A stretch of 64,000 nucleotides of DNA from an uncultured Frankiaceae bacterium (GCA_964651395.1 CAZYXZ010000001.1:15274-79273); one strand, 5' to 3'. Positions 9,889 through 23,172 are shown, numbered from the stretch's first letter. Numbers and translations are program-made. The notes: generated by a model not told the origin, from the letters alone.

Positions 9889-10221
9889 TCAGGCATGGGA
9901 GGGGGCCGGTGGCGCTCCCGGGATCTCGTAGAACTCCCCGTCGACGTAGCACCACCACCAGTCCTCGTACGGCTCGTACGAGCGGATCACCGGGTGCCCC
10001 GAGTCATGGAAGTGGGCGGTGGCGTGCCGGCCCGGCGAGTTGTCGCAGCAACCGACGTGAGCGCAGCCGAGGCAGAGCCTCAGGTGGACCCAACGACCGC
10101 CGGACGCCAGGCACTCCTCGCAACCGTCCGGCGTACGCGGAGCCGGGGCCGGATCGAGTCCCTCGACGTGCCCGCATCGCGCCATGACCCCACCGTGGCA
10201 CCAATGAGCCTCCCCGGGCAA
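9889..10221 (-). CDS. UBP-type zinc-finger domain protein
   Basis: 'CEECLASGGRWVHLRLCLGCAHVGCCDNSPGRHATAHFHDSGHPV' has the Cys/His pattern of Znf-UBP. The start may be the internal 'MARCGH'. Confidence 0.65.
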   Translation of the reverse strand: MPGEAHWCHGGVMARCGHVEGLDPAPAPRTPDGCEECLASGGRWVHLRLCLGCAHVGCCDNSPGRHATAHFHDSGHPVIRSYEPYEDWWWCYVDGEFYEIPGAPPAPSHA

Positions 10222-10276
10222 CGCGAGAGGCCGTCCCCGGGAGGGGGGACGGCCTCCGCGCTGACCCGGAGCTGGG

Positions 10277-10765
10277 TCAGCTCGCGGTTGCCACCGGGGT
10301 GACGTGCACCCGGCGGGCCAGCGTCGGGAACACCAGGCCCGCCAGAGCCACTCCGACGCCGCCGACTGCCAGACCGAGCACCGCGATGAGCAGACCGATG
10401 CCCACGACCAGGTCGGCGATGTTGAACGCCATGACCGAGGTGTAGAGGCTGGTCCGCAGGGCCGACGCGTTGAACGCCGTCGTGCGGGCCGGGTCCTTGC
10501 GGTCGAGCTCGGCGTACGTCTTGCCCTCCGTGGCCTCCAGCGCGTGCTTGCCGATGATGTCCGCCATCGACTGGGCCGTGGCCGCGTTGGTGACCGCGGT
10601 GTTCGGGATGCTCGCGTCGTCAGGGGTCGTGATGCGCTGAGCGACGAGCTCGCTGCGCACCTGGTCCCGTGCGTCGATCCCGCGGCTGACCGTGTACGCG
10701 CCCGCGCCCAGGAAGATCAGGCCGAGCACCATCAGCGCCACCGGAAATGCCTTCTTGACGTTCAT
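10277..10765 (-). CDS. Membrane protein, hypothetical
   Basis: 162 aa with an N-terminal and a C-terminal TM helix ('FPVALMVLGLIFLGAGAY', 'IADLVVGIGLLIAVLGLAVGGVGVALAGLVF'). Confidence 0.45.
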   Translation of the reverse strand: MNVKKAFPVALMVLGLIFLGAGAYTVSRGIDARDQVRSELVAQRITTPDDASIPNTAVTNAATAQSMADIIGKHALEATEGKTYAELDRKDPARTTAFNASALRTSLYTSVMAFNIADLVVGIGLLIAVLGLAVGGVGVALAGLVFPTLARRVHVTPVATAS

Positions 10766-10988
10766 GAGGGTCTCCTCCCATTCGGACTTCTCTGTCGCAG
10801 CCCACCTTCGTCGCGTGAGGTCGACGGCACAGCGGGCATTGGTCGGGAACTGGGGAGGACGGATGTCCTCAGTCCCGCCGACGGATCAGGGACCAAGGTC
10901 CCGAGGAGGTGGTGGCCTGCGCCCGTACCGGCCACGTGAGCGGGCGGCGAGAGTTGAGTGGCCAGCCCACGACCCCGGGAGCGCACGC

Positions 10989-14304
<3,316 letters not shown>

Positions 14305-14316
14305 CCGGAGGACGTC

Positions 14317-15336
14317 GTGCACACTGCCGAGAACCGCCGAGCGGCTGTGACCCCCATGCCGCGGAACGACGCGTCCACACATGACAAGCTCGCCTGGGCG
14401 CTGAACTACGCGATCCTGGCGCCGTCCAAGCACAACACCCAGCCGTGGTACTTCGAGGTCACGCGTGACGCGGTCGACATCCACGCCGACGGGGCTCGCG
14501 CTCTCACCGTGAGCGACCCGTTCGGTCGGGAGATGCTCATCAGCTGCGGTGCAGCCCTGGCGAACCTGCGCCTCGGTATCCGGGCACAAGGCTACGAGCC
14601 GGACGTCCACGTCTTCCCGCAAGGGGCCCACTTCAGCCACCTCGCCCGAGTTCGGCTGGGCGTCGCCCGGCCGGTCACGCCCGAGGAGCAGCGTCTCGTC
14701 GACGCCATGCCGAAGCGGCACACGCAGCGCCTCCCGCTGGACGGTCGCGACCTGCCACCCCAGCTACTGGACAACCTGGCGGAGATCGCCCGGCAGGAGG
14801 GCGCGCACCTGACCTTCGTCACGACACGGGGCGCCGAGCGACGGCTGGCCGAGCTGGTCACCGTCGCCGACCGTGCCGAGCACTGGGACGGCGCACGCCG
14901 CCTCGAGCTGAATGACTGGGTGCGCGGCCCCAACGACCGTTCTCCTGACGGCATCCCTGCGGACAGCCGCGGGCTCGGTGCCGCCGGCGCGAAGCAGACC
15001 TATCCGACTCGTGACTTCGACCTCGAGGGCACGATCGAACCCTGCGCGAACCCGGCCACGGACGTACCCACGGCCGCTCTCCTGTGGACCAGGCGCGACG
15101 AGCCGGCCGAGTGGCTGGTGGCCGGTCAGGCCCTGGAACTGGTGCTCCTGCGCGCGAGCGCCGACGACGTGCACGCCTCCTTCCTGAATCAGCCGCTGGA
15201 GATCAGACAGCTCCGCGCGAGGCTCGCCGTGGAGCTCGCCGTTCGCGGCTTCCCGCAGATGCTCCTTCGGTTGGGCAAGGGTGCGGCGGCGCCGGCCACG
15301 CCGCGTCGTCCGCTCGACGAGGTGACCGTCGGCTGA
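14317..15336 (+). CDS. Nitroreductase-family protein (Acg-like)
   Basis: 339 aa; 'LAPSKHNTQPWYF' is a nitroreductase-fold signature. Acg-like length, downstream of the DevR-like regulator. GTG start preceded by GGAGGA. Confidence 0.7.
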   Translation: MHTAENRRAAVTPMPRNDASTHDKLAWALNYAILAPSKHNTQPWYFEVTRDAVDIHADGARALTVSDPFGREMLISCGAALANLRLGIRAQGYEPDVHVFPQGAHFSHLARVRLGVARPVTPEEQRLVDAMPKRHTQRLPLDGRDLPPQLLDNLAEIARQEGAHLTFVTTRGAERRLAELVTVADRAEHWDGARRLELNDWVRGPNDRSPDGIPADSRGLGAAGAKQTYPTRDFDLEGTIEPCANPATDVPTAALLWTRRDEPAEWLVAGQALELVLLRASADDVHASFLNQPLEIRQLRARLAVELAVRGFPQMLLRLGKGAAAPATPRRPLDEVTVG

Positions 15337-15542
15337 CCATGCCTCAGGTCTCAGCGGGGGTGCCTGCGCGACGACCGGCTACGGCTCGAGCATCCACATC
15401 ATGGGACAGACCTCGATGGAGGGCGCCGCGTCGGAGGGAACAGTCACCTTGAGGCAACCGTTCTCGGTGTCCTCTGGCTCCCTGCAGGTGAGTAGTGTCC
15501 CCGCGACGCCGCCAGGACCGCTGACGACGTTTCGAAGGGTGG

Positions 15543-16217
15543 GTGGCGTTCTTCATGAATCGCAGAAAACTGGTGTTGCTTGCTCTCCTGGGGGCGTCTG
15601 TATCGCTGGCGTCCACGACTGTGGTGGCGCGTACAGCGGACTCAGTAACCAGTGCAGGGAACTCAGCGCAGACGAACACTTTCGGTTCGTCGCACGATGT
15701 CCAGGCGGCCGTGCTCACGAGCGGATCGGACTGCTCTACCGCGACGTACTCACAGGGTCCGGTGCCGGTGGCACGTGCTTCGAACATCACCTTCGGGGCC
15801 GGCGTTGAGATCGGCAACGACCCGGTGTTCAGGCTGCTCTGCGTGAAGAACGCGAGTGATGCCGCAGGTGTGCTCTACGTGACCTTCACGAACGTGACCA
15901 ACACCGAGGTCGGCATGTGCACGGCTGGCGAAGCCGCTGTCGCCGAGGGCAACGACACATCGTGTGCGGACGGAGCAGCGGGTGAGCTGGGGCCGATCCT
16001 GCGAGTCTCCGTCGCTGCGTGCGGAGCCGGGGGCACCATGCGTCCGAGTAGCGCGTACACCACGCCGGTTCAGATCGACGCCAGCCTCGCGGCTGGGGAA
16101 ACCTGCGCTATCAGTCTCGTCGACCAGATCGACCAGACGGCGACCCCGAATCAGAAGTCGGCCGGCCAGACAGACCGCTTCCAGTACGACATGGTCTTCA
16201 CCCTCCAGGACTCGTGA
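15543..16217 (+). CDS. Secreted protein, probable SipW-cognate substrate (TasA/camelysin-like)
   Basis: Signal peptide 'MNRRKLVLLALLGASVSLASTTVVARTA'. Ser/Thr/Ala-rich mature region. Immediately upstream of, and coupled (GTGA) to, a SipW-type signal peptidase. Confidence 0.5.
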   Translation: MAFFMNRRKLVLLALLGASVSLASTTVVARTADSVTSAGNSAQTNTFGSSHDVQAAVLTSGSDCSTATYSQGPVPVARASNITFGAGVEIGNDPVFRLLCVKNASDAAGVLYVTFTNVTNTEVGMCTAGEAAVAEGNDTSCADGAAGELGPILRVSVAACGAGGTMRPSSAYTTPVQIDASLAAGETCAISLVDQIDQTATPNQKSAGQTDRFQYDMVFTLQDS

Positions 16218-16792
16218 CCCAGGAGCAGCGCACACGTTCCGCGCCGCGGTTCAGACCCGGGCGAGTTCTGGCCCGGGTTCTGACCGTGGGGTGGACCGTG
16301 GCCGTTGTCGTTGCCCTCGCCGTGATCGGACTCACCTGGTTCGCCGGATGGCGGCTTCTTTCGGTCGAGTCCGACAGCATGTCGCCCACGGTGCCCCGCT
16401 TCGCCTTGGCAGTCACCTCCCCAGTGGCACCTCGCCGTATCGAGGTCGGGGACGTGATCCGATTCCGGGACCCGGGAGATCGCCGCACCACGGTGCTCCA
16501 CCGGGTGGAGCAGGTCCTGGTCACTGCTGACGGTGGACGATCCTTCGCGACACGCGGCGATGCCAATCGATCCGTCGATCCCGCCTTCGTCTCCGATACG
16601 GCCGTTCTGGGACGCATGCGATTCAGCACGCCGCATCTCGGTCGCGTGGTGACGGCCGTGGCGACGCCGGCCGCTGCGTACGTGCTGGGCGGGCTGCCCC
16701 TTCTCTTGCTCGGCGTCCGTGAAGTCGTCCTTCGTCGACGGCGCTCGCGCGCTTCGCAGCGGGAAGCCGTCCTCGAGACGGCCGGAGTCTAG
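16214..16792 (+). CDS. sipW: Signal peptidase I, SipW/archaeal-ER type (S26B)
   Basis: TM helix, then 'SVESDSMSPT' (SxSMxPT catalytic-Ser box). No E. coli-type LepB boxes, as in SipW. Confidence 0.7.
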   Translation: MTQEQRTRSAPRFRPGRVLARVLTVGWTVAVVVALAVIGLTWFAGWRLLSVESDSMSPTVPRFALAVTSPVAPRRIEVGDVIRFRDPGDRRTTVLHRVEQVLVTADGGRSFATRGDANRSVDPAFVSDTAVLGRMRFSTPHLGRVVTAVATPAAAYVLGGLPLLLLGVREVVLRRRRSRASQREAVLETAGV

Positions 16793-17070
16793 GAACGCAC
16801 CAGGCGCGCGATCGCGGCCGACGCCTCGGCGAGCTTCGCGTCGGCGTCCGGACCGCCGGAGTCGACCGCAGCGCGCACGCAGTGCGCCATGTGCTCGTCG
16901 AGCAGCTGCAGCGACACCGAGCGCAGCGCACTGGTCACTGCGGAGACCTGCGTGAGGACGTCGATGCAGTACCGGTCGTCCTCGACCATCGCGGCGAGGC
17001 CGCGCACCTGGCCTTCAATGCGGCGCAGCCGACGCAGGTGTGCCGCCTTGTTCTCCGCGTAACCGGGCAC
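16789..17070 (-). CDS. csoR: CsoR/RcnR-family copper-sensing transcriptional repressor
   Basis: 93 aa 'RLRRIEGQVRGLAAMVEDDRYCIDVLTQVSAVTSALRSVSLQLLDEHMAHCV' with conserved Cys/His. Divergent from copZ-copA. Confidence 0.8.
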   Translation of the reverse strand: MPGYAENKAAHLRRLRRIEGQVRGLAAMVEDDRYCIDVLTQVSAVTSALRSVSLQLLDEHMAHCVRAAVDSGGPDADAKLAEASAAIARLVRS

Positions 17071-17093
17071 GGGCCCTCCTCAGGTTGCTGCCA

Positions 17094-17114
17094 CCATACC
17101 CTAGGGGGGTATAG
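17094..17114. promoter_or_regulatory. CsoR-operator-like GC-rich pseudo-palindrome in the csoR-copZ divergent region
   Basis: ATACCC-TAGGG-GGGTAT (6-bp perfect arms) between csoR and copZ. Resembles described CsoR boxes (TACCC..GGGTA). Confidence 0.5.
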
Positions 17115-17121
17115 TGAGCAC

Positions 17122-17328
17122 ATGACCGACGTAACCCTCTCCGTGCCGGAGATCCACTGCGGGCACTGCAAGTCCTCGATCGAGGGGGCGGTTCGCCCGT
17201 TGGACGGCGTGGCCTCCGCCGAGGTCGATGTCGAGACCCGTTCCGTGCGCGTCGTCTTCGACGCCCCGGCGACGCTCGCGCAGATCCATGCAGTCATCGA
17301 GGACCAGGGCTATGCCATCGGCGGTTGA
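17122..17328 (+). CDS. copZ: Copper chaperone, heavy-metal-associated (HMA) domain
   Basis: 68 aa '[24 protein letters not shown]' with a GxCxxC HMA motif. Confidence 0.85.
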   Translation: MTDVTLSVPEIHCGHCKSSIEGAVRPLDGVASAEVDVETRSVRVVFDAPATLAQIHAVIEDQGYAIGG

Positions 17329-19465
17329 CGCCGACTTCACCGTCACGGGCATGACCTGCGGGTCGTGCGCCGCACGGGTCGAGCGCGTCCTGAGCCGCCA
17401 GCCCGGCGTCGAGTCCGCGGCGGTCAACTTCGCCACGGGCCGCGCGTCGGTGCGCAAGGACGCCGACCTCAGCGACGACCAGCTGGTGACCGCCGTCGGC
17501 AAGATCGGCTACGGCCTGGCGCCCACCCGGCCGCACGAAGCCGCGGTCGCCGACGGTGACGCGGTGGTGGCGTCGATGTGGCGGCGACGCCTCGTCGTCG
17601 CGGGCCCGCTGGGGGCCGCCGTGATGCTGCTGTCCATGCTCGCCATGCACGTGACCTGGGCGCGATGGACGGCGTTCGTCTTGACGACGCCGGTGCAGTT
17701 CTGGGCCGCGTGGCCTTTTCTCGACCAGGCGTGGCTGCGCGCGCGAGCCCGGCAGGCGAGCATGGACACGCTGATCACGGTGGGGACGTTGTCGGCGTAC
17801 CTGTTCTCCACCTGGCAGCTGCTCTTCGCCGACGACCACGCAGATCTCTACTTCGAGTCCTCAGCGCTCGTGATCGCCTTCCTGCTGCTCGGCCGCTCCC
17901 TGGAGGCTGGGGCGCGTGGGCGCGCCTCGGGCGCGGTCCGTTCCCTGTTGGAGCTGGGTGCCAAGAATGCGCGTCGCGTCCTCGACGGCACAGAGACCCT
18001 CGTGCCGCTCGAGCAGGTCCGGCTCGGCGACCTGCTTCGCGTGCGACCTGGGGAGAAGGTGCCTGTCGACGGCGACGTCGTCGACGGGTCGGCCACCGTC
18101 GACGAGTCGATGTTGACGGGGGAGTCCGTCCCCGTCCTCAAGCGCGCCGGTGACCGGGTCGTGGGAGCCTCGGTGAACACCGACGGCGTGCTGACCGTAC
18201 GGGCGAGCGCCGTGGGTGCCGACACGGCGCTGGCCCGGATCGTGCGTATGGTCGAAGACGCGCAGGGCAGCAAGGCGCCGGTACAGCGTCTCGCCGATCG
18301 GATCAGCGGTGTCTTCGTCCCCGTCGTCCTCGGCATCGCGCTGCTCACGCTGCTCGGGTGGACGACGGTGTCCCGTCCGGGTGACGGCCTCATCGCCGCC
18401 GTCGCGGTGCTGATCATCGCCTGCCCGTGCGCGCTGGGCCTGGCCACACCCACCGCGATCATGGTGGGCACCGGGCGGGGAGCCGCACTCGGCATCCTGT
18501 TCAAGGGCGGCCAGGTGCTCGAGCAGTCGCACGAGGTCGACACGGTCGTGTTCGACAAGACCGGCACACTCACGTACGGCCGGATGGCCCTCACCGAGGT
18601 CGCGACGGTCGACGTGGACCGGCGTGAACTGCTGCTCCTGGCTGCGGCGGCAGAAGCGGGCTCGGAGCATCCGGTCGGCCGGGCGATCGTCGACGCGACC
18701 CAGGCTGAGTTCGGCGAGCTGCCCGCGGCTGAGGAGTTCCGAGCAGTGCCCGGGCGTGGTGTCGTCGCGCGTGTCGAGGGCGTGGACGTCCGAGTCGGCA
18801 GCAGAGGACTGCTGGCGGAGGCCGGTGCCGGTTGCGACGCTGCTCTCGACGCGGTGGCCGAGGGCTACGAGGCGAGCGGTCAAACCGTCGTGTACGTCGC
18901 CTGGGCCGGCGCCGTGAGGGGCGTGCTAGCCGTCGCGGACACCGTTCGCGAGGACGCGGCCGCGGCCGTGCGCGAGCTGCGGGACATGGGTCTCGGCGTC
19001 CGGATGATCACGGGCGACAATGCGCGCACCGCGGCGGCGATCGGCCAGGCGGTGGGCATCGACCAGATTCGGGCCGGGGTGCTGCCGGGGGGGAAGGTCG
19101 ACGAGATCCGCCGGCTGCAGGACTCCGGGCGTGTGGTTGCCATGGTCGGTGACGGGATCAACGACGCGCCCGCCCTCGCCCAGGCCGAGCTCGGCATCGC
19201 GATCGGCACGGGCACCGATGTGGCGATCCAGTCCGCGGACATCGCGCTGCTCTCCGGGTCGCTCAACGCGGCGCCGACGGCGTTGCGGCTGGCCCGGCGT
19301 ACGTTCCGCACGATCCGGCAGAACCTCGGCTGGGCCTTCGCCTACAACGTGGCCCTGATCCCCGCGGCGGCGCTCGGGTTGCTCGACCCGGTTCTCGCCG
19401 GTGCCGCCATGGCGTTGTCCAGCGTGTCCGTCGTGCTCAACAGCTTGCGACTCGCCCGGGCCTAG
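17312..19465 (+). CDS. copA: Copper-translocating P1B-type ATPase
   Basis: N-terminal '[15 protein letters not shown]' HMA domain, 'CPC' membrane motif, 'DKTGTLT' phosphorylation site, 'GDGINDAP'. Overlaps the copZ 3' end. Confidence 0.9.
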   Translation: MPSAVDADFTVTGMTCGSCAARVERVLSRQPGVESAAVNFATGRASVRKDADLSDDQLVTAVGKIGYGLAPTRPHEAAVADGDAVVASMWRRRLVVAGPLGAAVMLLSMLAMHVTWARWTAFVLTTPVQFWAAWPFLDQAWLRARARQASMDTLITVGTLSAYLFSTWQLLFADDHADLYFESSALVIAFLLLGRSLEAGARGRASGAVRSLLELGAKNARRVLDGTETLVPLEQVRLGDLLRVRPGEKVPVDGDVVDGSATVDESMLTGESVPVLKRAGDRVVGASVNTDGVLTVRASAVGADTALARIVRMVEDAQGSKAPVQRLADRISGVFVPVVLGIALLTLLGWTTVSRPGDGLIAAVAVLIIACPCALGLATPTAIMVGTGRGAALGILFKGGQVLEQSHEVDTVVFDKTGTLTYGRMALTEVATVDVDRRELLLLAAAAEAGSEHPVGRAIVDATQAEFGELPAAEEFRAVPGRGVVARVEGVDVRVGSRGLLAEAGAGCDAALDAVAEGYEASGQTVVYVAWAGAVRGVLAVADTVREDAAAAVRELRDMGLGVRMITGDNARTAAAIGQAVGIDQIRAGVLPGGKVDEIRRLQDSGRVVAMVGDGINDAPALAQAELGIAIGTGTDVAIQSADIALLSGSLNAAPTALRLARRTFRTIRQNLGWAFAYNVALIPAAALGLLDPVLAGAAMALSSVSVVLNSLRLARA

Positions 19466-19475
19466 TGTCGTAGCC

Positions 19476-20399
19476 ATGGCGGAGCCGGTGACCAGACAGC
19501 AGCTCGATGCGGCCCTGGGCGGGCTCGTCGGCGACGGTGTGCTGCGCGCAGACCAGGCGGAGGCGGTGCGCGCGCGGCTCGCCGGGACGGGTCCAGCAGC
19601 GGATTCCGTGGGTCGCGGCACGATCGCGGCGGCGTACGTCGGAGTGGGTCTGATCGCGGCGGCGGTGGCGACCGTCCTCGTGCAGAGCTGGGACGACCTG
19701 CGGGTCGCCGAAAGGAGTGCGGTCTTCGCCGCGCTGACCGTCGCCCTCGTCCTGGCCGGCGTCTGGCTCGAACGGGTGCGAACGGCGCGAGCCATGAGCT
19801 GGCTGATCGCCGTCGTGACGTCGGCTGGGCTGGCTGCGGCGGTCACATCCGGCCACGGTGTGGGCGACGACACGCGCTGGATGGTCGGGTCGGTGACGAT
19901 GCTCGCGGTCGCCGTCCCACTGCTCGTGGCGAGTCGTACCGCGGCCCAGGTGGTCGGCTTCTTCCTCGCGATCACGGTGGCGACGGTCGCGGCCGTCGAG
20001 CTGTTGGACCTCGGACCGGTAGGTGCCGGCGCGGTCACGTGGACGGCCGGCGTCGCCCTGGCCGCAGCGGCCGGCGCGGGCTGGGTCCCTGCACCGCCGC
20101 TCGCGCAGCCGCTGGGCGGCGGGATGGCGCTCGTGGGCGTGCATCTGGCCTTCGGCGACGCGCCGGTCCTTGGCGGGCTGCTCGCCGTGCTGCTCGCCCT
20201 CGCCGGCTACGCCGCCGCCGTGCGGGACGACGCGGCGATGCCCCTCACCGTCGCAACAGCCACCGTGGCCGTGACCGGACCCCGGCTCCTGGGGAGGTGG
20301 CTCGACGACAGCCTTGGGGCAGCGGGGGTCCTCGCCGTCAGCGGGGTCGTCGTCCTCGCCGCGGCCGCCCTCCACCTTCGCGTGGTCCGTCGGCGCTAG
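19476..20399 (+). CDS. Polytopic integral membrane protein, hypothetical
   Basis: 307 aa from 'MAEPVTRQQLDAALGG...'. Multiple Ala/Val/Leu-rich TM segments. Confidence 0.45.
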   Translation: MAEPVTRQQLDAALGGLVGDGVLRADQAEAVRARLAGTGPAADSVGRGTIAAAYVGVGLIAAAVATVLVQSWDDLRVAERSAVFAALTVALVLAGVWLERVRTARAMSWLIAVVTSAGLAAAVTSGHGVGDDTRWMVGSVTMLAVAVPLLVASRTAAQVVGFFLAITVATVAAVELLDLGPVGAGAVTWTAGVALAAAAGAGWVPAPPLAQPLGGGMALVGVHLAFGDAPVLGGLLAVLLALAGYAAAVRDDAAMPLTVATATVAVTGPRLLGRWLDDSLGAAGVLAVSGVVVLAAAALHLRVVRRR

Positions 20400-21355
20400 C
20401 GGATGCGCGCGCGCACGCAGCCTTGGTCCGGGCGCTGCTGCGCCGCCCACTCGATGCCGCCGAGCAGGTGCTGCCGGTAGTCGGCCCGATCCCACGTGCG
20501 CATCGCGTGTCCGAGGTTCGTGTAGAAGACCCGGCCCCGGCCGTAGCTCTTCGTCCAGGCGAGCGGGCTGTGGTGCGGATACGCGAGCGGCGGGAACAGC
20601 TGGACCGGGTTCGGGATCTCCTCGGGCACCGGGATGATCACCGTGGGGCCGGCCGGGCGGATGTCGCGCGGCCAGTAGTGCGTCTGCTCGTCGAGGGACA
20701 GCAGGACCTTGACGCGCTCGCGCGGGTCGGTCTTCCACCGGTAGAGCTCGTCCATCGTCCGGAAGTAGGGCACGCCGTGCCAGGGGGTGGTCGCGATGTG
20801 CTTCTGGTCCTCGACGATCACCGAGACCTCGGAGATCGCCTTCGAGGCGAGCAGGTCGCTGTCGACCGGGTTGCTGTTCTCCTCGAAGTCGAAGTGCGGG
20901 TGCATCTCGAACGAGGCGCCGATGAGCTTCTCGTACTCGGGCCAGTCGCCGAAGTCGGCGGCCGCGTGTACGCCGACGTACGCCCCGCCGCAGCCGAAGA
21001 AGGTGAGGAAGTCGGTCTTCTGCTTGTCGGTCAACGGGCCGCCGCCCGTCCCGGTGGTCTGCAGCATGATGACGCCGTCCACACGACGGTAGGTCGCGGG
21101 GGAGAGCACCGCGGCGTCCTCCGACCACTCGAGCGTGAAGGAGCCGGTGATCCGCGACAGGTAGCGCAGGACTCCGACGGCCTCCTGGATCCCGTCGTGG
21201 CGGAAGCCGTAGGTGGCGCTGAACACGAGGTAGTGCGGCACGCGCCGCTGCGGAGCCGCCGCAAGTGCCGGAAGGCCGCCGATGCCCACGGTGATGGCGA
21301 GTACGAGGGGGACGACCACGCGGCGGCTGAGGAGCCGGCGAAGCTGAACGCGCAC
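20396..21355 (-). CDS. ThuA-like (class I glutamine amidotransferase-like) secreted protein
   Basis: Signal peptide, then 'PHYLVFSATYGFRHDGI...', 'HAMRTWDRADYRQHLLGGIEWA'. Typical ThuA family. Confidence 0.65.
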   Translation of the reverse strand: MRVQLRRLLSRRVVVPLVLAITVGIGGLPALAAAPQRRVPHYLVFSATYGFRHDGIQEAVGVLRYLSRITGSFTLEWSEDAAVLSPATYRRVDGVIMLQTTGTGGGPLTDKQKTDFLTFFGCGGAYVGVHAAADFGDWPEYEKLIGASFEMHPHFDFEENSNPVDSDLLASKAISEVSVIVEDQKHIATTPWHGVPYFRTMDELYRWKTDPRERVKVLLSLDEQTHYWPRDIRPAGPTVIIPVPEEIPNPVQLFPPLAYPHHSPLAWTKSYGRGRVFYTNLGHAMRTWDRADYRQHLLGGIEWAAQQRPDQGCVRARIR

Positions 21356-21381
21356 GACGGGAACTCCGTTCGTAAGCTGGG

Positions 21382-23172
21382 CTACGGGACGATCAGTGAG
21401 CCGGTCATGCTCGCGTGCAGCGAGCAGAAGAACTCGTACGTGCCGGTCGGCAGCTGCACGACGCCCTCGATCGGGGCGCCCTTGCCGAGACTGATCAGCT
21501 TCGAGCGGAACAGCGGGCGGCCATCAGGGCGGCGGGCGCGGGAGATCACGTCATGCGGCGCGATGTCGGCGTTGACGAACTGCGCGGCCAAGCCCAGCGG
21601 GACCACGACCGTGGGGGTGAGGTAGCCGGCGTTCGTCGCGCCGGGCCCGGCGACGACTCGCACCTGCGCCCCGAGCGGCGGGAGCTCGGGCACGCCCAGC
21701 GGAGGACCGGGCGTGCCGCCCCCGCCCAGGCGGTAGGCGACGATCGTGCCGCTGTGGTTGGCGATGACGGTGTTGCCGGCCACCGTCACGCTCGACGCGA
21801 TGCTGCCGAAGCTGTCCTCGTTCGGCGAGGACGGCGACTCCCAGAGGACGGCGCCCGTGTCGGGGTGGTAGGCGCGCACGGCGGTGTCGCCGGTCCAGTA
21901 CACGACGCCGTTGGCCAGCGCGGCGTTGCCACCGGTCGGCGCGCCGGCGCCGGTGTGCCACTTCTCCGTCCCGGTCGCGGCGTCGAAGGCGAAGAGCCGG
22001 CCAGGGGTCGTGGGGACCCAGAGGGTCTTGCCGTCGGTCGCCGCCCGGCCGATGTTCCCGCTCAGGAACGACAGCGAGCTGAAGGTCTGCTCCGACCACA
22101 CCGGCGCCATCGTCGTCGCGTCGAAGGCGTGGAAGAAACCCGACTTCTGCGTGGCTGCGCCGAACAGGCGCCCGCGCGCGTCCCGCCACAGCGTCGGGCC
22201 GTTGCCGAAGTCGACGTCGAGCTGGCCGCACAGCGGGGAGGACCCGTAGTTGTCCTGGGGGTACCAGACCGTCCCGCCCAGGCTCTGGCAGACCGGGTTG
22301 TCGTAGCCCGTGGCGCTGTCCGGGGTGCCCTTGTACGCCGCGACCACGCGGCCGAAGGTCTTGTGCGACCGGTTCAGGTCGATCTTGAGGATCGCGTTGT
22401 CGTACTCATGCTCCTTGGTCTTCGACTCCGGGTTGGACGTCCCGGCGTACAGGTAGCCGGTCTTCGGGTCGACCGTCGGCGTGCCCCACACGCCGCCGCC
22501 GTTGTAGCCCTCGGCGAGCTCCGCCGCGGTCAGCGTCGTGGTCTTGAACAGCACCTTGCCGGTCTTGGCGTCGATGATCCCGTAGCCCTGCCGCGCCGAC
22601 GGCTGGAAGTCCGGGCCGGTGGTGAACAGCACCTGCAGCCCGTTGTAGACGACGGCGCTGGCCAGCTGGTTCGTGTCCTGGCCGAACCAGATCTCCCCGC
22701 TGAGCCAGAGCAGCTTGCCGTTGCGTACGTCGAACGCCGCCGCCCTGGGCCGGCCGTTGCCGGTCAGTCCCACGTGCACGCGGCCGTCCTCAACCGCGAC
22801 CGCGAACGTGCCGGTCGTGTCGGCGCCTTTCGACTCCCAGACGACGCGGCCGTCGTCGAGGTCGTAGGCGACGATCCGGCCACCAGTGTTGATGAACACG
22901 CACCCGCCGGACACGATCGCGGGCGCCGACTGGTATCCGGTCTGCGGAATCGTCCAGACCTCGGCAAGGGCCACGACGTTCTCGCGGTTGATGGTCGTCT
23001 CGGCGTCCTGGCGCTGCTGGCCCATCAGGTCCTGGCCGTAGCGCGCCCAGTCGCCGCCGGGTCGGCGCTCCGTGCAGGGTGCCGTTGCGGCGTGCGAGGG
23101 CACCGCCAGGCTCACACCGGCCAGAACGGCCGCGGCCACGGCGCTGCGCAGCACGCGCGGCTTCGCTCCCAT
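21382..23172 (-). CDS. Secreted PQQ-type beta-propeller repeat protein fused to a C-terminal cupredoxin (type-1 copper) domain
   Basis: Signal peptide 'MGAKPRVLRSAVAAAVLAGVSLAVPSHA'. Repeated 'G.V.a.dadTG..lW' blades. C-terminus 'GTYEFFCSLHASMTGSLIV' matches the Cys-x2-His-x2-Met blue-copper ligand set. Confidence 0.65.
   Translation of the reverse strand: MGAKPRVLRSAVAAAVLAGVSLAVPSHAATAPCTERRPGGDWARYGQDLMGQQRQDAETTINRENVVALAEVWTIPQTGYQSAPAIVSGGCVFINTGGRIVAYDLDDGRVVWESKGADTTGTFAVAVEDGRVHVGLTGNGRPRAAAFDVRNGKLLWLSGEIWFGQDTNQLASAVVYNGLQVLFTTGPDFQPSARQGYGIIDAKTGKVLFKTTTLTAAELAEGYNGGGVWGTPTVDPKTGYLYAGTSNPESKTKEHEYDNAILKIDLNRSHKTFGRVVAAYKGTPDSATGYDNPVCQSLGGTVWYPQDNYGSSPLCGQLDVDFGNGPTLWRDARGRLFGAATQKSGFFHAFDATTMAPVWSEQTFSSLSFLSGNIGRAATDGKTLWVPTTPGRLFAFDAATGTEKWHTGAGAPTGGNAALANGVVYWTGDTAVRAYHPDTGAVLWESPSSPNEDSFGSIASSVTVAGNTVIANHSGTIVAYRLGGGGTPGPPLGVPELPPLGAQVRVVAGPGATNAGYLTPTVVVPLGLAAQFVNADIAPHDVISRARRPDGRPLFRSKLISLGKGAPIEGVVQLPTGTYEFFCSLHASMTGSLIVP

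Noticed and set aside
17848-21128. Minus-strand ORFs 17861-18883, 18926-20038 and 19437-21128 antisense to copA and the membrane protein
   Set aside because: Antisense to a P-type ATPase with all canonical motifs. Their composition is biased to Arg/Ala/Gly/Pro.
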